NCBI GenBank assembly: GCA_009377665.1
Contig: WHTO01000002.1
Span: 1-33,242 of the forward strand
Length of the DNA: 33,242 bases
Direction: 5' to 3'
Source of the DNA: Dehalococcoidia bacterium
GTDB lineage: Bacteria > Chloroflexota > Dehalococcoidia > WHTO01
A program made the translations under genes and the position numbers. The notes beneath the pieces were generated by a model. It was not told where the DNA came from and searched no databases. It saw only the letters and a list, made by a program, of their open reading frames with translations. Of the stretch, positions 1 through 8,636 are shown one piece after another. Within the stretch, counting starts at the first letter, position 1. Each line of letters starts with the position of its first letter.

Positions 1-111
1 GCCGCCCTCGACCGCTGGCTGCACATCTACAATCATCACCGTCGACACACAGCCATCGGAGGCTTCCCTCCCATCAGCCGTGTCACCAACCTCCCGGGAA
101 AGTACACCTAG
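1..111 (+). CDS. IS481-family transposase, C-terminal end (partial, runs off the window)
   Basis: Frame 1 reads AALDRWLHIYNHHRRHTAIGGFPPISRVTNLPGKYT*, the typical IS481 C-terminus (YNxxRxHxxxGGxxP...NLPG). The TAG stop lies in the flanking CTAG. Confidence 0.85.
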   Translation, partial: AALDRWLHIYNHHRRHTAIGGFPPISRVTNLPGKYT

Positions 112-112
112 A
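81..112 (+). mobile_element. IS481-family right terminal inverted repeat (81-106) plus NCTAGN target site (107-112)
   Basis: 26-bp TGTCACCAACCTCCCGGGAAAGTACA ends in ACA and is followed directly by CCTAGA. IS481 is known to target NCTAGN. Confidence 0.75.
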
Positions 113-159
113 AGGCCGGCGACTCCGGTTACTATTGGCTTTGTCTTACCGCCAAACAT
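107..159 (-). pseudogene. 5' end of a probable secreted/membrane protein gene interrupted by IS481
   Basis: SD GAGGAG (170-165), ATG at 159, reading MFGGKTKPIVTGVAGLL (signal-peptide-like) directly into the CTAG target and IS end. Confidence 0.55.
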
Positions 160-350
160 CGATTCTCCTCATTGCGGCAGGGGCTCTGCCTCCTGGTTCT
201 CGCGTGTGTCTTACCTGCCTTCGCCTCCTTCCGGAGAAGGGCCAACTTCCAACTCTTGCCTGCAGGCTATGTGGGCGGCCTGCGGCCTGTGTACATACGG
301 CGTAGGTATCGAAGGAGCTTGTTACGCTTCTGCAAGGTGATCCTGCTTGG

Positions 351-364
351 CGGGAGAGTCGGGT
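351..364. repeat. 14-bp direct repeat copy 1 (CGGGAGAGTCGGGT)
   Basis: Exact match to 1506-1519. Confidence 0.7.
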
Positions 365-500
365 TAGGGGTGTGGTCGCCGGGGATCCTCCGAGTGACCG
401 TGCCTCGGCCTACCGGCGGGGCGCGAGGCGCGGAGGACGCCTGTGCTATCCAGCGAGACGAACGGTTTCGGCCGCGGCGAGTGTTGTCATGTGGGTGCGT

Positions 501-642
501 TCAATGCACCGTTCTGGCAATCTCCAGGCATTCGTCAGCGGTCATGAGCGTACAGGTTACGGCCATGCCGATGGCGTCCGGTAGGCGCCACGAGACCTGG
601 ACCGCAGGCTCGTCGTAGGTGCGTGTGAAGACCAGGGCGCCG
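501..642 (-). pseudogene. 3' remnant of an unrelated gene fused to the truncated transposase
   Basis: An alternative frame reads GALVFTRTYDEPAVQVSWRLPDAIGMAVTCTLMTADECLEIARTVH* (stop 503-501) with mostly GC-ending codons. It starts where transposase similarity stops. Confidence 0.45.
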
Positions 643-981
643 GCGGAGGACCAGCCAAACACCGTTGGCCGAGAGCTGCATGCCGCCCCACTGCAGGCGG
701 GCCAGCTCGGCGGCGATGCGTCGCGGTCCGAAACCGGGGAAGCCCAGCGCGAAGGCGACCACTCGCTGCTCTATCCACGGCGGCGTCTTGTTGGGCATGC
801 GTGGCTTGCGACGCTCGCGTGGGCGCAGCGCGTCCAAGCCCCACTGTTGGACCTTCTGGCGCCAACGGTAGTAGGTCGAGCGATGAACACCAAACTCGCG
901 GCAGGCCTGGGCTACGCCGACCTGCCCCGCATGGGCGAACAGGGCCACACGAAAGCGGTGAAGTACGTCATCATCAGACAT
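535..981 (-). pseudogene. Truncated IS481-family transposase (HTH region only, no DDE core)
   Basis: MSDDDVLHRFR...VAQACREFGVHRSTYYRW...GFGPRRIAAEL...LSANGVWLVLRR is an IS481-type N-terminus. Similarity ends at about 640. Confidence 0.8.
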
Positions 982-1036
982 TGGTGGAGGCAGTCCCTTC
1001 TCTCGTTTTGCACCAAGAGAAGTCTGCCTCCGCCAA
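981..1036 (-). promoter_or_regulatory. Long hairpin covering the transposase translation-initiation region
   Basis: Arms TTGGTGGAGGCAG (981-993) and CTGCCTCCGCCAA (1024-1036), one mismatch, plus an inner CTTCTCT/AGAGAAG pair. It abuts the ATG. Confidence 0.55.
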
Positions 1037-1064
1037 CCCACTCATCGTCACTCGTAGCCGACGA

Positions 1065-1096
1065 TGTCTCCACAACTTCGAGACTGTTCAGTCTAG
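1065..1096 (-). mobile_element. Left terminal inverted repeat of the second IS481-family element and adjacent CTAG
   Basis: 26-bp TGTCTCCACAACTTCGAGACTGTTCA (1065-1090) aligns without gaps to the 81-106 end (15/26 identical). CTAG at 1093-1096. Confidence 0.6.
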
Positions 1097-1425
1097 TGGG
1101 TGTGGCCGCCGGGGCCGTGGGAGTGGCCATGACCGTGGTCGTGGCCTCCGGCGCCTGCGGCCGGCGCGGGCGAAGGCGGCGACGACGACGACTCTGAGGA
1201 CGACCCGCCGTCGCTGGAGCCGGAACTCTCGGACCCGCCGTTGGCTGAGCCGCGGCTCTCGGTCTTGTAGAAGCCGGAGCCCTTGAAGACGATGGGTGGG
1301 GCTACGGGCATGCGGCGCGAGGTCTTCCCGCACTCGGGGCAGTCGTGCTGCGTAGGCGCGGAAAAGCTTTCGCGGCGCTCATAGTTGGCGCCGCACGAAG
1401 TACACCGATAGACATAAGTCGGCAC
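1093..1425 (-). CDS. FmdB-family zinc-ribbon protein with Ser-rich linker and His-rich tail
   Basis: MPTYVYRCTSCG...CPECG...IVFKGSGFYKTE signature, SD AAGGAG, GTG start. Confidence 0.9.
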   Translation of the reverse strand: MPTYVYRCTSCGANYERRESFSAPTQHDCPECGKTSRRMPVAPPIVFKGSGFYKTESRGSANGGSESSGSSDGGSSSESSSSPPSPAPAAGAGGHDHGHGHSHGPGGHTH

Positions 1426-1472
1426 GTGGTCGACTCTCCTTACTCAAGACAATGTGCCAGAGGGCTAAGCAG

Positions 1473-1502
1473 ATGATACGGTGCCGGAGCGGTTGGCCTC
1501 AA
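1473..1502 (-). promoter_or_regulatory. Putative sigma70 promoter of the FmdB-family gene
   Basis: TTGAGG-N18-TATCAT on the minus strand. Confidence 0.5.
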
Positions 1503-1505
1503 TCC

Positions 1506-1519
1506 CGGGAGAGTCGGGT
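1506..1519. repeat. 14-bp direct repeat copy 2 (CGGGAGAGTCGGGT)
   Basis: Exact match to 351-364. Confidence 0.7.
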
Positions 1520-1631
1520 CTCCTGGCGTATCTAGAGTCGCTCCGACGGATAGGCCGCGGACGCTCGCGGGCCCTGGCCTGTGAACCTGCGTGCGCGGAT
1601 CAGCTGACATGTTGCTCGCGAATGCGCGGCG

Positions 1632-2693
1632 TTAGCCGAAGAGTGACTCGCCCCTGATCAGACGCAGGATGTCGAAGTAGCTGATGATCACAACCGCGCC
1701 CATCATCACGGCGAAGCCCACGAGGTGGACCAGCCCCTCCTTCTCAGGGGGCACGCGTTTACCGCCCCGCAGGTACTCGAGGAGGACGAAGGCGATGCGG
1801 CCACCGTCGAGCATCGGCAGGGGGAGGACGTTGATGATCGCCAGGTTGATGGAGAGCAGGGCGGCGAACTCGAACAATCTTATCCAGCCGGCCTGCTCCA
1901 CCACCTCGCCGGTGGCGTCGGCGATGCCAACCGGGCCGGCGAGGTCGGGTGCGCTGGTGCCACGGAACCAGCCCTCTATCTGCTTTTCAGCCAGGACCAG
2001 CGAGTCGATGGTGTACTCGACGGCGTGCGGTATCGATTCCCACGGCGGCTCGGAACGGGTCCGCGTGAAGGGATACTGACGGATGCTGATGCCGGTTGGT
2101 CCCTGTCCCTCGGGTGGTGACCAGCGGGATTGAACGTCGGTGGCCACGATCCCGCCGTCGCGCAGCACCTCGAACCCGACGCTATCGCCCAGGTTGACCT
2201 GGATGGCGCGGCTTAGCTCGTCGATGTTCTCGATCTCGCGGCCGGCGACGCTGACGATCACGTCCTCGGTTTCAAGGCCGGCCTCTTCAGCGGGGGAGCC
2301 GGGCGCGACATAAGTGACGGTTACGCCGCCGGTCCCAACCTCCTGGGGGATCGTGAAAGCGATGGCGAAGAGGAGAATGGGCAACAGGAGGTTCATGCCG
2401 GAGCCGGCGAAGAGGACGATCAGCCTCACCCAGCGCGGCTTGGCGGCGAGGCTGCGCGGGTCGCTGGGGTCCTCCTCGCCCAGGAGCCTGACAAAGCCGC
2501 CCAGGGGCAGCCAGTTGATGGTGTACTCCGTCTCGCCGAACTTCTTTCCCCAGGCTTTCGGGGGGTAGCCCAGGCCGGCCTCGAGGACCTTCACTCCCGC
2601 GAGCTTGGCGGTGATGAAGTGGCCCAGCTCGTGGACGACGATCAGGAAGACGAGGATGGCGACGAAGGGGACGATAGACTGCAGGACGCTCAT
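1632..2693 (-). CDS. rseP: RIP metalloprotease RseP (M50 with PDZ)
   Basis: HELGH, PDZ segment (PGSPAEEAGL), NVLPLPMLDGG. Lies downstream of dxr with ATGA overlap. Confidence 0.93.
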   Translation of the reverse strand: MSVLQSIVPFVAILVFLIVVHELGHFITAKLAGVKVLEAGLGYPPKAWGKKFGETEYTINWLPLGGFVRLLGEEDPSDPRSLAAKPRWVRLIVLFAGSGMNLLLPILLFAIAFTIPQEVGTGGVTVTYVAPGSPAEEAGLETEDVIVSVAGREIENIDELSRAIQVNLGDSVGFEVLRDGGIVATDVQSRWSPPEGQGPTGISIRQYPFTRTRSEPPWESIPHAVEYTIDSLVLAEKQIEGWFRGTSAPDLAGPVGIADATGEVVEQAGWIRLFEFAALLSINLAIINVLPLPMLDGGRIAFVLLEYLRGGKRVPPEKEGLVHLVGFAVMMGAVVIISYFDILRLIRGESLFG

Positions 2694-3817
2694 ACTCGGC
2701 TGGTCAGCGTTTCCTCGGCTGCCTTACGGGCCCACTCGTCCGCGGCGATTATCTGGTCGAGCGATGGGTCGGACACACTCTCGTGCTTTTCCAGCACCTG
2801 CTCCACTATCTGCGCGATGTCCACAAAGCTAATACGTCCGGCAAGGAAGTGGTGGACTGCTGTCTCGTCCGCCGCGGCCAGCGCCGCTGGGTACGTCCCC
2901 CCTCTGCGGCCCGCTTCGATCGCTATCCCGAGCAGGGGATAGCGATCGCGGTCGATGCGGCCGAAATGCAGGGCGCCCAGCGCGGCGAGGTCAAGCGCGG
3001 GCGTCTGGGGCGTCGTTGAGCGGTCCGGATAGGTCAGTGAAAGGAGGATCGGCAGCCGCATGTCAGGCACCCCGAGCTGGGCCTTGACCGAGCCGTCGGT
3101 GAATTCGACCAGCGAATGCACGATGCTTTCGCGATGCTGCACGACCTCGATCTGATCCAACGGCAGGTCGAAGAGCCAGCGGGCCTCGATCACCTCGAGG
3201 CCCTTGTTGAAGAGCGTGGCGCTGTCGACGGTGATCTTCGGGCCCATGTTCCAGGTCGGGTGAGCGAGAGCCTGGCCGGGCGTGACGTGTTGAAGCTGCT
3301 CGGGCGGCAGGTCGCGGAAAGCGCCGCCCGACGCCGTCAGGATAAGCTTGCCGATGCGGGCGTGGTCTTCCCCCCACAGGCACTGCCAGATGGCGCTGTG
3401 CTCGCTATCGATGGGGCGCAGGCTGGCGCCCGATTGCCGCGCCGCCTCGGTCAGGAGGGCGCCCGCCATGACCAGGGTTTCCTTGTTGGCCAGGGCCACG
3501 GGCTTTCCCGCGCGCAGGGCGGCAAGGGCGGGGGCGAGCCCGGCCTTGCCAGTCGTGGCGACGACGAGGATGTCGACGTCGGGGTGCACGGCGATCTCTT
3601 CGGGGGATGCCCGACGCGCTTCGGGGAAATGAAGACCAGACCGCTCGTCGAGGCTGATGAGCTTCGGCTCGAAGCGGTGGACCTGGCTGGAAAAGACGTC
3701 CCGGCTGCTGCGAGCGGAGATGGCGACGACGCGGAACCGCTCCGGGAAGGAGCTGATCACGTCGAGGGTTTGGCGCCCGATGGAGCCGGTGCTGCCGAGG
3801 ACGGCAACACCCGTCAC
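2690..3817 (-). CDS. dxr: 1-deoxy-D-xylulose-5-phosphate reductoisomerase
   Basis: LGSTGSIG, LANKE, PIDSEHSAI, HPTWNMGPKITVDSAT, NKGLEVIEA. GTG start at 3817 overlaps the cdsA stop (GTGA). Confidence 0.97.
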   Translation of the reverse strand: MTGVAVLGSTGSIGRQTLDVISSFPERFRVVAISARSSRDVFSSQVHRFEPKLISLDERSGLHFPEARRASPEEIAVHPDVDILVVATTGKAGLAPALAALRAGKPVALANKETLVMAGALLTEAARQSGASLRPIDSEHSAIWQCLWGEDHARIGKLILTASGGAFRDLPPEQLQHVTPGQALAHPTWNMGPKITVDSATLFNKGLEVIEARWLFDLPLDQIEVVQHRESIVHSLVEFTDGSVKAQLGVPDMRLPILLSLTYPDRSTTPQTPALDLAALGALHFGRIDRDRYPLLGIAIEAGRRGGTYPAALAAADETAVHHFLAGRISFVDIAQIVEQVLEKHESVSDPSLDQIIAADEWARKAAEETLTSRV

Positions 3818-4641
3818 TCCACGACCCATATCAGCCAGTAGTATACCAGCGCGTTCGTAAACAGCAGTGAATCGAGGCGGTCGACCAGCCCACCGTGACC
3901 GGGGATCAGGGAGCTTGTGTCCTTGACTTTGAGGCTGCGCTTGATGACTGATTCGGCAAGATCCCCCGCGATCGCGAAGACGGGGAAGAGCAGCGCCAGC
4001 GGGATCACTTCGAGCGTCGAGAGGCCCGCGTCGAGCAGTGCGTTAAGGACGATCACGGTGGCGAAGCCGCCAACCACGGCCGCCGCCGTGCCCTCCCACG
4101 TCTTGCTGGGGCTGATCCTCGGCGCGAACGCCCGGCGTCCCACGGTCTTGCCCACGAAGTAGGCGAAGCTGTCGGTCGCGTAGGTCCCGAGCAGCACGAG
4201 GAGGACAAGGTCGCGCCCGCCCCCCTCGTCGCGCAGGAGGATGAAATGCGCGCCGAGGAAACCGGCATAGACGACGGCCGACAGGAATCCACCCCAGTCG
4301 GCTGCGCCGTCCTCGGTGTCGGAGGTCAGCACGAGCAGGCTCAATGACGCCAGCGACGCAGCCGCCATTGCGTAGACCAGCCAGTCGATGCCCTCGGTTG
4401 CGGCGATGGCCAGGGCTGCCGCGCCCAGTCCAGCGGCGAGCGCCACGGGTGTCCGCCATTCCTTGCGGGCCGCGTGGTAGAACTCGACAGCTGTCAGCGC
4501 CAGGACGCCGGCGACCACGACGTGAAAGGTCGGACCGCCGACCCAGACCACGAGCAGGACGATCGGTATCCCAACCGCGGCTACAGCCAGGCGTTGCGCA
4601 AGCACCCTCGGATTCTCACGGTCGTTCGTTGGACGCGCCAC
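3814..4641 (-). CDS. cdsA: Phosphatidate cytidylyltransferase
   Basis: Multi-TM protein with DSFAYFVG, ISPSKTWEG, GDLAESVIKR, KDTSSLIPGHGGLVDRLDS. Confidence 0.95.
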   Translation of the reverse strand: MARPTNDRENPRVLAQRLAVAAVGIPIVLLVVWVGGPTFHVVVAGVLALTAVEFYHAARKEWRTPVALAAGLGAAALAIAATEGIDWLVYAMAAASLASLSLLVLTSDTEDGAADWGGFLSAVVYAGFLGAHFILLRDEGGGRDLVLLVLLGTYATDSFAYFVGKTVGRRAFAPRISPSKTWEGTAAAVVGGFATVIVLNALLDAGLSTLEVIPLALLFPVFAIAGDLAESVIKRSLKVKDTSSLIPGHGGLVDRLDSLLFTNALVYYWLIWVVE

Positions 4642-4705
4642 GCCGTTCCCTACCCGTGCGGCTCCTCGAAGGGCCGTCGTGGTCCTGACCGGGTGGAGGC
4701 GCCTT

Positions 4706-4743
4706 TAATGTCCGAAGGATGCGGTAATGTCCGAAGGATGCGG
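4706..4743. repeat. Perfect 19-bp tandem duplication (TAATGTCCGAAGGATGCGG x2)
   Basis: Seen directly at 4706-4724 and 4725-4743. Confidence 0.95.
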
Positions 4744-4910
4744 TGGCAGCTGGTGGAAGCGCGACGCGGGTCGCTAAGGCCACGTAGCGAGACCTTGGTG
4801 GGGCTATCACTCCGTCAGCGGGCCTGCCCTCCCCACCTGGGACGCAGCGCAGGCCCGTGGAAGTTCTCTTCGGGCGCGGAGGCCTGCATCCCCCGTGCCG
4901 ACGGGACAGC

Positions 4911-4940
4911 GAAAGGGCGAGGCCGTAGCCTCGCCCTTCC
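4911..4940 (-). terminator. Putative intrinsic terminator of the polysaccharide operon
   Basis: AAGGGCGAGGC-4-nt loop-GCCTCGCCCTT 11-bp stem about 30 nt after the stop. The U-tract is short. Confidence 0.65.
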
Positions 4941-4967
4941 ACCAATGCCTGGCGCTTGCCGCCGAAA

Positions 4968-6983
4968 TTAGCTTCGTACGCTGGAGGCCCGCTGGAACTC
5001 GTATCCAGCGTCCTGGATCCCCTCGATCGTCTCCCTCAGGTAGCTGAGGTCGAAGAACGGGTGGAAGTAGAAGCTCGCCCAGGCGTCGCGCAACACCCTG
5101 TTGCGCGTGGCGTCGCGGACGAGCGCCTCCGGTAGCCGCGGCATGTAGGGTCCCTCGACCGGGTCCGGCCAGCCCGTCGGCTCGATGTTGTTCAGGTTCT
5201 CGGGCAACAGCTTGTTGCGGTAGACGTCGCGCTGGATGACGTAGGGAAAGAACTGACCGGCGAACTTGTCCGGCTCAGCCTGCGCCTGCGCCCGTTCTGC
5301 TCCGCCGTTGCCGCCACCGCCATTCCCGCCGCGTCCGGGAGTCCCGGCGCCGGCGCGGCCGGCGCCACCGGCAGCGCCCGCGTTGCGGTTGCCAATGCGC
5401 CGCTCACGCCGCCGCCGGCGGCCCTCCTCGGCCTGGCGCGTGGTGCCTGGCGTCGGGGCGTGCCGCTCCGCGACAAAGCTCTGATCCTGGAAGTACAGCA
5501 CACGATGGTACGTCCAGTCGAACATGCCACCCACGGCCAGGTAGTCGACCTCCGACATCCCGTAGTGGGGAGCCTCGAACGTGGTGGGCGTCCCCCAGCC
5601 GGCGCGCCTCAGTTCCCTGATGCCGTTGTTGAGCAAACCGCGCGCCCACTGTCGCGAGTCCTCGGGGACAGGGCCGTGGAAGGTCAGCGACAGGTCCGGG
5701 TTCTCCGTAACACGGAAGAACTCGAAGTCGTCGGCGCTAACCCCGGTGTAGGGATTGGGCACGTCCTGGTACTGGTGCGTCGTGCCGTGCATGATGACCT
5801 CACCGCCCCGGCCGCGCATGTAGTTGATCGCCGATTTCACGGTGGCGGCCCGGCTGATCGGTATGCGCTCCGCGACGCCCCCGTTCCAGGTCCCCAGCGG
5901 GTCGTTGTAGATCGGGATGGTAGCGATCGAGAACGGCGCGTTGCGGCCGCTCAGATAGTCGGCGCACGCCCTGAGCTGCGCCGGGTTCGAGATCGCGCTG
6001 ACATCCTCCAGGCGGACCAGCCCACGCCTCGTCTGAGCGTGGGTCACACCCACCATATCGAAGAGCACGTCGCTGAAGACCATGTAGCGGTCTTCCTCCG
6101 ACATGTACGAGAAGGGTGAGTCAGCCACGTACCAGAGACCGCCGTTCGGGCCGATCGCGTTGGCCGGCCTGCCGTGGATGATGTACGGGACCTCGTTGTT
6201 GTTCGCGTCGACCGACCAGGCCTTCACAGTGGCCTGTCCGGCGTTGATAACCCGGGTCACTCCAAGCTCGGCATCGAGCAAGCTCTTGGCGAACTCCGCG
6301 CCCTTGTAGCTCACGCGCGAGAACGTCGAGCCCGCGCCGGGGTGCAGACCCTCCCAGCGGAACCCGAACCGCTCCACGAAGGTCGCGTTGTCGGCGGAGA
6401 AGTCCGGGGTCCAGGCAATCTGCCACAGGTTGTACTTGAAGAAGACAAACGGCTTGCGTGTGGCCAGGATGTCATTCCTCAACGCGGTGGGAAGCTGGTT
6501 GTCGTACGTCTGGCCGAGGTAGAACGTGGCCGTGTACTGGCTCTGGTTCATCTCGCCGGCCGTGTACTCGGCGACCGTCTTGATCACGGTGTTGTTGGCA
6601 CGCGCTCCTGTGGGCAGGAATCGCCCGATCAGGTTTGCCAGCTGTTTGGCGTGCACGTTGCCGATCCAGGCGAATTCGCCTGTTCCGTCATAGAGCACGA
6701 GCGCCCGCTTGAAGCCGTTGCCGTTCGGCCCGCCGGCGCTCGCGTCGTCAGCCGCGAGGTCGAGCTCGCTGAAGTCCATGAGCCCGCCGGTCAGGCCCGA
6801 CGTCGCCATCGCGATGGGTACGCCGGCCGCGGCCGCACCGGCGCCCTTGATGAAGTCGCGGCGGCTGAACCACCCGCCCCGGCACATGATCGCCCGCTGC
6901 TTGTCGATGTTGTTCTTTTCGTCTTGTTCCATTCCTACCTGCCTTTGTGGGGAGTTTGTGTAGCCAGGGTCTTGAGCCGTCAT
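4968..6983 (-). CDS. Tat-exported DUF2334-like putative polysaccharide deacetylase (NodB/CE4-like barrel)
   Basis: Tat motif SRRDFIK plus hydrophobic stretch; VRLEDV, MHGTTHQ, FEAPHY, ASFYFHPF motifs. Alternative start at 6932. Confidence 0.75.
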   Translation of the reverse strand: MTAQDPGYTNSPQRQVGMEQDEKNNIDKQRAIMCRGGWFSRRDFIKGAGAAAAGVPIAMATSGLTGGLMDFSELDLAADDASAGGPNGNGFKRALVLYDGTGEFAWIGNVHAKQLANLIGRFLPTGARANNTVIKTVAEYTAGEMNQSQYTATFYLGQTYDNQLPTALRNDILATRKPFVFFKYNLWQIAWTPDFSADNATFVERFGFRWEGLHPGAGSTFSRVSYKGAEFAKSLLDAELGVTRVINAGQATVKAWSVDANNNEVPYIIHGRPANAIGPNGGLWYVADSPFSYMSEEDRYMVFSDVLFDMVGVTHAQTRRGLVRLEDVSAISNPAQLRACADYLSGRNAPFSIATIPIYNDPLGTWNGGVAERIPISRAATVKSAINYMRGRGGEVIMHGTTHQYQDVPNPYTGVSADDFEFFRVTENPDLSLTFHGPVPEDSRQWARGLLNNGIRELRRAGWGTPTTFEAPHYGMSEVDYLAVGGMFDWTYHRVLYFQDQSFVAERHAPTPGTTRQAEEGRRRRRERRIGNRNAGAAGGAGRAGAGTPGRGGNGGGGNGGAERAQAQAEPDKFAGQFFPYVIQRDVYRNKLLPENLNNIEPTGWPDPVEGPYMPRLPEALVRDATRNRVLRDAWASFYFHPFFDLSYLRETIEGIQDAGYEFQRASSVRS

Positions 6984-8602
6984 CGGACGGCGAGTTCGCG
7001 TTTCTTAACCGTGCTTACGTCCACCAGCACCTCGCTGTCGTCGCGTCGGCTCCTACCAGAGGGCACCTCCTTGATTGCTGCCAGGGTCTGCCTCAACCGG
7101 CCCAGGTGGGCCTGGCCTCTCGCCATTAAGAGTTCGCCCGTAACCCGTGAGGGCCGGATGCTCGCTGCTTCGTAGTTGACCGCGGTCGTCACGTGCTCGC
7201 GCCGTGTGTGCCGCGGTAGAAAGTTGTCGGCTCGCAGGGGCAACAGTTGCCGCGACTCCTGGAGCCAGTACACCGTCGTGCGCGTCGCGAGATAGCGGTC
7301 GGGCTCAGCGTCGGCCCTCTCCAGGACGGCCACCTCATCGCCGGGGATCGGCGTCCGCGCCGTCTTCAACCAGCCGCCGCTACGCTGCAGCAGACGCCAG
7401 CCGGCCATGAAGGCAGCCGCCATCCAGATGTATCCGCCCGCCACGTAGAAGTGCGAGAGGAGCAACGCGCGCGGCAGGCGGGCCTGGCCGTCCTTGATCA
7501 GCGCCCACGCCGCAAGCGGCACCGTGCCGAGCCCCAGCACGTACCACGCCATCCATCTGCTCGGGTCCGCGACCGGACGGGGCATCCAGTCGGGGGCGAC
7601 AGGCGCCAGGACGCCAAGCATGAACGCCGTGAATGCGAAGATCGAGAAAAGGCCCAGCGGCACGACCAGCGCCGGCGCCAGCAGATAGTTCAGGATGTCC
7701 AGCTTTCTGAGAAACGGCATCCGGGCGCCCAGGACGGCGGGTATGTGCCGCCAGCAGGAAAGATGGCCGTGATACCAGCGCGAGCGCTGACGCAGCAGCC
7801 GTCTGACGGAAGAGACCGCCTGCTGATGAACCTTCGTCGTGTTGCAGTAGTGGTTGGTCCAGCCGCGCGTGGCCAGGCGCAGTCCGACGTCCAGGTCCTC
7901 GGTCAGGCAAGCGGTCCAGGGCAGCCCGCCCAGCGAGGTCAGAGCCGAGAGGCGGACAAACTGGCCGTTGCCGCCCAGGCTCGCGCTGCCCAGGGCCTCG
8001 TGCGCCTGCGAGAAGACCCAGTTGAAGGTCGTGAACTCCAGCTGCTGCCAGAGGGTCACGAGGTTGTCTTTCTGGTTCATCATCCGTACGCCCACCTGGA
8101 CACCGGCTGTTTCGGAGCGGTCGAAGTAGGGGGCGACGGCGGTGAGGAAGTTCGGCTCGACTTCGCAGTCGGCGTCCATGACGACGACGACGATGTTGTC
8201 GAGGCCATATATCTCCGGCAGCTCTGAGGTCAGGATCGCGTGATAGGCGTGGTTGAGGACGGCGCCCTTGCCCTTGCGTGCGACCGGCGCCTTGCGCGTC
8301 GAAAGCCGCACCTTGTCCGAATTGAAGCGCTCCACCACCGACGCTGTGTCATCGTCTGAACCGTCGTCGACGACGAACAGCAAGTAGTTGTCCCCCGGCA
8401 GGGTCAACAGCCGCCTGATCGTATTGCCGATGACAAGCTCCTCGTTGAGGGCCGGGATGACCAGGACGAAGAAGTAGGGCGACGTGTCCTCCCGTTCGCG
8501 CGGCACGCGAGCGAACAGCGAGGCCGCGAACATCAGGTAGCCCCACGCGATCATGTAGATCGGCACGGCTGCCAGGATGGCGAAGGTCGCCTCGAAACTC
8601 AT
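6980..8602 (-). CDS. Processive GT2 glycosyltransferase (cellulose/PNAG-synthase-like)
   Basis: N-terminal TM; IPALNEE, DDGSDD, KGAVLN, DAD, TEDL, QRSRW; several C-terminal TMs. Confidence 0.9.
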   Translation of the reverse strand: MSFEATFAILAAVPIYMIAWGYLMFAASLFARVPREREDTSPYFFVLVIPALNEELVIGNTIRRLLTLPGDNYLLFVVDDGSDDDTASVVERFNSDKVRLSTRKAPVARKGKGAVLNHAYHAILTSELPEIYGLDNIVVVVMDADCEVEPNFLTAVAPYFDRSETAGVQVGVRMMNQKDNLVTLWQQLEFTTFNWVFSQAHEALGSASLGGNGQFVRLSALTSLGGLPWTACLTEDLDVGLRLATRGWTNHYCNTTKVHQQAVSSVRRLLRQRSRWYHGHLSCWRHIPAVLGARMPFLRKLDILNYLLAPALVVPLGLFSIFAFTAFMLGVLAPVAPDWMPRPVADPSRWMAWYVLGLGTVPLAAWALIKDGQARLPRALLLSHFYVAGGYIWMAAAFMAGWRLLQRSGGWLKTARTPIPGDEVAVLERADAEPDRYLATRTTVYWLQESRQLLPLRADNFLPRHTRREHVTTAVNYEAASIRPSRVTGELLMARGQAHLGRLRQTLAAIKEVPSGRSRRDDSEVLVDVSTVKKRELAVR

Positions 8603-8636
8603 CGCCCGGCGATCACCCGGTCATGGCCTGTGGGGA

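Noticed and set aside
81-1096. Composite transposon formed by the two IS481 ends
   Set aside because: The ends are only 15/26 identical and face the same way, so they belong to different elements.
4706-4744. Possible mini-CRISPR
   Set aside because: Two 19-bp units with no spacer and no cas genes.
7110-7215. PilZ-like RxxxR (RHTRR) in the GT2 C-terminal tail
   Set aside because: No following D/NxSxxG motif, so a c-di-GMP site is unsupported.
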